Part shown: positions 25,265 to 29,402 of the stretch, in pieces
Numbering within the stretch: the stretch's first letter is position 1
How the letters are laid out: every line of letters starts with the position of its first letter
Made by a program: the position numbers and the translations under genes
Notes under the pieces: generated by a model
The model's database searches: none
What the model was told of the DNA's origin: nothing
Seen by the model: only the letters and a program-made list of their open reading frames with translations
IMG/VR virus record: IMGVR_UViG_3300028025_005807
Coordinates: 1 to 29,402 of that record
DNA length: 29,402 nt
Origin: a virus
Taxonomy: Duplodnaviria; Caudoviricetes
Strand: one strand, 5' to 3'

Positions 25265-27209
25265 GATATTTTTCCTGATTAGCTAAAATAGCGGCTAAAG
25301 CAGCTTGTCTTGCTTTTGTTTCTTCAGTTTCTCCAACTAAAGCTCTATTATAAAAACCAGCATTTTGTAATTCTTTTTCTACATTTCTTTGCAGGTCTTC
25401 CTGCGCCAATCTTTTTGCAGTATTTTTAGCATATTTAGAAGACGGACCTCCTCCTCCAAAAATACTAGTACCAAGTAGATTGTCAGCAGTATTCATTAAA
25501 CCACCAGTAACGTCTAATCCTAGTGAACGAAGTCCAGCAGTTATTCCCATAGAAGATAAGTCAGCGTAGGCATAACCAGCTTTTTTAGCTAAGGTACTAT
25601 CATCTGTATAAGGAGAGATGGATGCTTCTGGTGTAAATCTAGGAGTTAGTGACTGTTCCCAGATATTTTCTAACGTGCTTGGATCTACATCTGTAACTAC
25701 ATCACCTCTAGCTGTAGAACCTAACTGCTTATTAAAATCATACCCCGCTCTTTCAAGGACATCTTTTAAATTAGCTGTTTCTTCTGCATAATACTTTTTA
25801 CCAGTAGTTTTATGTTTTTTCTTTCCATACCCTGTTATATCTTGGGTAGATGCTGTTTCTTTAAACCTTTCTTCTTGTGCTGTTAATAAATCTTTTATTG
25901 CTTGTTTGTTAATAGCATCTGCAGCAGTTTGTGTTCCAGCTTTTTCTAAATCTGTATATAATAAACCTTTTTGAAGTTGTTTAGATACATCTGAGGCAGC
26001 AAGTTGTTGCAATGCTAATTGACGACTAAGTTCATTTTTAGAAATTAATTTAGCAGCTTCTGCTTTATTCGTTTGTACAATTTGTTCTGGAGTTAAATTA
26101 TAAAATCCCGTTCCGGCTGTTACTCCTAATAAATCAGCTTCTTGCTGACTTAGTTGTTTTCCAGATTTCAACGCCTCTTTAAAATACTCTGGAAGTTTTT
26201 CCCAATTATCTTGGATTTGCTTTATTCTTTCATTAGCCGCATCTTCTTCAGCTTTTCTAGCTTCTGTAAAAGCTGTTCTAGCTCCAGATCTTACTTGCTC
26301 AATTGCTGCAGCTCTTTGCGCCGCTTCGTTGGCAGATAAATTCTGAGCTTGCTGAAGTTGTTGTTGGATATTTCCAGCTTGCTGAGCTTTTTGTTGGAGC
26401 TGCTCTACACCTTGCTGAGAAGTGTTTAAAAGCAATGCGTCAAGCTTAGATTGTCCTCTTGAATAATCCCTGTTTCTTGAAAAGATATCTCTAAGAAGTT
26501 GTGCTCTTCCTTCCACAGATTGCGCTTGTTGAACAGCCTGTTGAGCTGTCTGTGCTTTTCTAGCAGCTTGCTCGTAAAGTCCAGCTTGTTGTAAAGATTC
26601 TGGGCCTTGATATTGTGCGTTAATAATTTCAGCAAAACGCTGTTGTTGTTCTGGTGTAAAATATTGTTGAGTTTGAGCAGGAGCTGTTGGTTGAGATTCT
26701 GCAGGTTTTGATTCAGTTTGTTGCTGTGTTGGTTGAGCTGGTTGCGGAGCTTGATAAGTAACTCCTCTAGCAGCAGCTAAAATATTTGCAGTTTGTTCTT
26801 GTGCAGCCCTTTTAGCATCTTCTTCATTTTGTCCAGCTTGAAACAAAGAACCACTTCCAGCTTTCATTTTTTGACCAAAAGTTTGCTGAGCTTGCTGGAT
26901 TCCTTTCTGAGCTTGTCCAGCAACATTCTGCACACGCTGAGTTGCAGCTTGAGCAACTTTACCACCGCCTTGAGCGGCTTGTAAATAACTTTTAAGATTG
27001 GCGAAAGTTCCTGTGCCAGCTTTTTGCTGTTTTGGCATTGAAACTTGAGGAGCTTTTGGAGCAGAGGAAGCTCCGATTTGAGCTTGACCAGCACCTTCTA
27101 CTTGAGGTTTTTGTTCTTGTGGCTGAGCTTGACCTGCTTGAGGCTGTTGACCTAAAGCTTGATTAAGACCCTGACCTTTTTGTTCTTCTTCATCTCTAAT
27201 AGTTGCCAT
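25257..27209 (-). CDS. Q/A-rich putative virion protein
   Basis: 650 aa low-complexity helical protein; GAGG SD. Confidence 0.6.
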   Translation of the reverse strand: MATIRDEEEQKGQGLNQALGQQPQAGQAQPQEQKPQVEGAGQAQIGASSAPKAPQVSMPKQQKAGTGTFANLKSYLQAAQGGGKVAQAATQRVQNVAGQAQKGIQQAQQTFGQKMKAGSGSLFQAGQNEEDAKRAAQEQTANILAAARGVTYQAPQPAQPTQQQTESKPAESQPTAPAQTQQYFTPEQQQRFAEIINAQYQGPESLQQAGLYEQAARKAQTAQQAVQQAQSVEGRAQLLRDIFSRNRDYSRGQSKLDALLLNTSQQGVEQLQQKAQQAGNIQQQLQQAQNLSANEAAQRAAAIEQVRSGARTAFTEARKAEEDAANERIKQIQDNWEKLPEYFKEALKSGKQLSQQEADLLGVTAGTGFYNLTPEQIVQTNKAEAAKLISKNELSRQLALQQLAASDVSKQLQKGLLYTDLEKAGTQTAADAINKQAIKDLLTAQEERFKETASTQDITGYGKKKHKTTGKKYYAEETANLKDVLERAGYDFNKQLGSTARGDVVTDVDPSTLENIWEQSLTPRFTPEASISPYTDDSTLAKKAGYAYADLSSMGITAGLRSLGLDVTGGLMNTADNLLGTSIFGGGGPSSKYAKNTAKRLAQEDLQRNVEKELQNAGFYNRALVGETEETKARQAALAAILANQEKYRG

Positions 27210-27284
27210 AGCTATTTAACCTCTGTAATATAAGGGTGTTAAATCACTATTTTAGTGTTTAATATACTATCAATAAGTTATGGG

Positions 27285-27313
27285 TTGTTAACTGAATAAA
27301 AATGTGTTATTCT
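27285..27313 (+). promoter_or_regulatory. Putative sigma70-type promoter, antisense to the virion genes
   Basis: TTGTTA-N17-TATTCT with extended -10 TG. Confidence 0.5.
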
Positions 27314-27319
27314 AGTAAG

Positions 27320-27590
27320 GAAGTTTAAAAACTTCACTTTTTGCTCTTTTGGACCGTGAAATAGAGGATTTACAAGCGAATCCGATATATGACCCGGCGT
27401 AGGAAACGAAATAGTCAACTGGGTGTCGCAAAGCCACTAAGTACCCAGCGGAAAGCCAGAGAGTTAAGCACAGAGACTTGTGAACTTGGATTTGTGTTAA
27501 AAGTTAAATTTAGGTTAACAGCCCAAGCCTTATCCCCAAATAGCTGAAAGCACATTAAGGATATGGTCTAGCAAGAAGGAGTTTTTTGGC
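27320..27590 (+). ncRNA. Candidate structured ncRNA of unknown class
   Basis: Gap with no listed ORF and raised GC; 5' and 3' ends pair over ~22 bp and enclose at least 6 hairpins. Confidence 0.65.
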
Positions 27591-27621
27591 TCTATATAGG
27601 CGAAGCTATGTCAAAAGTTAT

Positions 27622-28032
27622 TTATTGAATTATTTCTAGTACTAGCCTATACTTAGATCCAGCAACAAATCCAATTCCATAATTAACCTTAACAACTCCA
27701 GTGCCTTGTAAAGTCCAATCAATGTAAGGAGCTTGTGTAAACTTAACAGCTGAGTTGGTTATGTTTTGAGCCTTGCCTATGTGAATCATAGAAACATAAG
27801 ACAAGTTAGTGGATATAGTTGAATTTCCAATTGGTTTACCAGCTGAGTCAAAAGAAATGTCAATGCTAACTTTAGCTCTAGCTAAGTTATCAAAATCAAG
27901 CTGGCCATTAACCACTTGGTAAATTTCATCAGCAAATTCATTATAAGAGCCAGCTATGCCCTCAACAACTGTCTGAGACTCTTTGTCATAATCTTCTGGG
28001 ATAATTCTTCGGATATCACTGAGCTTTGGCAT
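27622..28032 (-). CDS. Putative tail-associated protein
   Basis: 136 aa, helical N-terminus then beta-rich; follows the tail gene. Confidence 0.55.
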   Translation of the reverse strand: MPKLSDIRRIIPEDYDKESQTVVEGIAGSYNEFADEIYQVVNGQLDFDNLARAKVSIDISFDSAGKPIGNSTISTNLSYVSMIHIGKAQNITNSAVKFTQAPYIDWTLQGTGVVKVNYGIGFVAGSKYRLVLEIIQ

Positions 28033-28067
28033 GGTTTATCCTAATTTAAAAATCAGTAATGTTGTTT

Positions 28068-28093
28068 CTGGTTTTCTTTCTAGAATAAACCAG
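28068..28093. other. Intergenic hairpin
   Basis: CTGGTTT...AAACCAG inverted repeat between two late genes. Confidence 0.4.
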
Positions 28094-28112
28094 GAGAGAG
28101 CTTTAGTGAGCA

Positions 28113-29402
28113 TTAGCGATATCCTCTAGTTGAAACTTCACGAGGCTCTAAACTAACTCCAATTAGTTTCCACTGCTCTCTTGCGTTTATATGCGTAAAT
28201 TGCACATGCAAGTATCTACATCTAGACTTGTCTCTAGGTATTAAAGTTCTCACAGGAACCTCATTACCCTCTCCTCCAAAAGTTACATTCGCCCAGCTAT
28301 AACCGTCCCAGTATCCTGGTCCTTTAGCTGTGAAATCAACCGAGGTGAAGTCAAAAGATCTGTCAGAAGAGTATGCAACAGACCCTCCCCAGAAATTATT
28401 CTGGTCAAATATTAAAGTTCCTTCTGAAACTTGCTTTGTAGACTCAGGCTTTCCAAAGTGCTGCGGAGCGTATTCCACTAAGCACTTAATTCCCTTAAAC
28501 ACAGAAACATTCCCTTGCACAAACTTGTTTGTAAACTTAACCTCAATTGAGTTATTTTTACTGTTTACAGAAGTTATAAGAGTTTCATAAATTAGCTCAT
28601 CTGTTGCTAACTTATAGCCCTTAAGATTAGTTCCAGAGGTAGGAGTATTTAAGTAATTTACCATGTCGTTAAAGTCATCTCTAATGTCATAGACATCGTC
28701 TGAACTTGAAGGAGACGGGACCATTACACCATCAGACTGTAGCTTAGAAGCTAACAATGAAAGTTTTAAAGCTAGACTGTCTCCGATAACTGCTTTTAAA
28801 GTTATATATTTTATGCTTGAGAAAGAGAATCCATCTCTGTCTAGTCTCTTTAAGATTCTATTAAACTTATTTATATCTAGATATTGAAGCTGAGCTAGAA
28901 CATCTCCTGCCACTAACTCAGAGGCAGAGGATAGAATGTAAGTAGTTCCAATTATAGCACCAGACCCTAGACTTCTAATTATTTCTCTGTCAGCGTAATC
29001 TTGCCTTTCATAATTCTTTCTTTCTTTTAAAACATAAGGTCTTCCGGAAGAGTCTCCCAAATAGATCTTATCATCGCTTGGATTTACAACTCCGCAGTTA
29101 GCTGGTTTAGTCCAGCGAGTCCATGTTCTTGTGAAAGTGTTGTATCTAAAAGCTTGTGTCGCAAATTGGTCTGTGGTCTTTTCAGGAAGCCATAATATAT
29201 AGCATCTGTCTGACTCAGAGGACATTCCCCAACTCATAAGCTTGTAGTTATATTTTGCGTTGGTTATTTCTTGAATTTTGTTTTCAATGTTTCTTGAGAT
29301 AACTCCAACACCAGTTTCAGAAACTGTTACCACACCTTGACTAGTTAGCACATAAATGAGGTTATTTAAGTTTGTAGCAGTGTCGGGGGCATATATCAAA
29401 GC
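28113..29402 (-). CDS. Tail nozzle/tubular-protein-like virion protein, 5' truncated by window edge
   Basis: Beta-propeller-like segments (FRYNTFTRTWTRW) and C-terminal RCRYLHVQF...WKLIGVSL, typical of podovirus nozzle proteins. Confidence 0.6.
   Translation of the reverse strand, partial: ALIYAPDTATNLNNLIYVLTSQGVVTVSETGVGVISRNIENKIQEITNAKYNYKLMSWGMSSESDRCYILWLPEKTTDQFATQAFRYNTFTRTWTRWTKPANCGVVNPSDDKIYLGDSSGRPYVLKERKNYERQDYADREIIRSLGSGAIIGTTYILSSASELVAGDVLAQLQYLDINKFNRILKRLDRDGFSFSSIKYITLKAVIGDSLALKLSLLASKLQSDGVMVPSPSSSDDVYDIRDDFNDMVNYLNTPTSGTNLKGYKLATDELIYETLITSVNSKNNSIEVKFTNKFVQGNVSVFKGIKCLVEYAPQHFGKPESTKQVSEGTLIFDQNNFWGGSVAYSSDRSFDFTSVDFTAKGPGYWDGYSWANVTFGGEGNEVPVRTLIPRDKSRCRYLHVQFTHINAREQWKLIGVSLEPREVSTRGYR

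Noticed and set aside
23947-27209. Repetitive TTG/CTG/AGC-rich DNA as a repeat array
   Set aside because: It reflects Gln/Ala codons in low-complexity proteins; there is no fixed repeat unit or spacer structure
2558-28590. Short ORFs antisense to or nested in real genes (e.g. 2558, 4376, 5366, 8113, 8647, 11837, 13268, 17873, 19196, 19542, 21114, 22626, 24375-24839, 26154-27094, 28330)
   Set aside because: Shadow frames of well-supported genes, with no recognisable motifs
1-29402. tRNA genes, CRISPR arrays, IS elements
   Set aside because: None recognised by eye; there is almost no intergenic space outside 27210-27621

Overview
A 29.4-kb, AT-rich, gene-dense piece of a tailed dsDNA phage genome, probably podovirus-like and with a Gram-negative host (both inferred). 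Bases 1-~20.2 kb form a rightward module. It encodes an ERF annealase, DnaB-like helicase, AEP-type primase, family A DNA polymerase, GT9 glycosyltransferase, M15 endolysin, DnaQ/RNase H-like exonuclease, DUF3310, HNH nuclease, ClpP-like and ClpX-like proteins, and many small ORFs. Bases ~20.2-29.4 kb form a leftward virion module with a tail/nozzle protein, Q/A-rich ejection-type proteins, a GNAT and a holin-like protein. Two things stand out. (1) Ten dispersed, otherwise dissimilar small proteins end in the same C-terminal motif, [ST][SG]LxxELx-stop. Most start with a KOW/SH3-like K[IV]GD motif and most are translationally coupled to the next gene. The same genome has a ClpX lacking its ClpP-docking IGF loop and a ClpP-like protein with a signal peptide. 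(2) A ~260-nt, highly base-paired candidate ncRNA with its own promoter lies antisense within the virion module. All calls come from motif recognition by eye; no searches were run.
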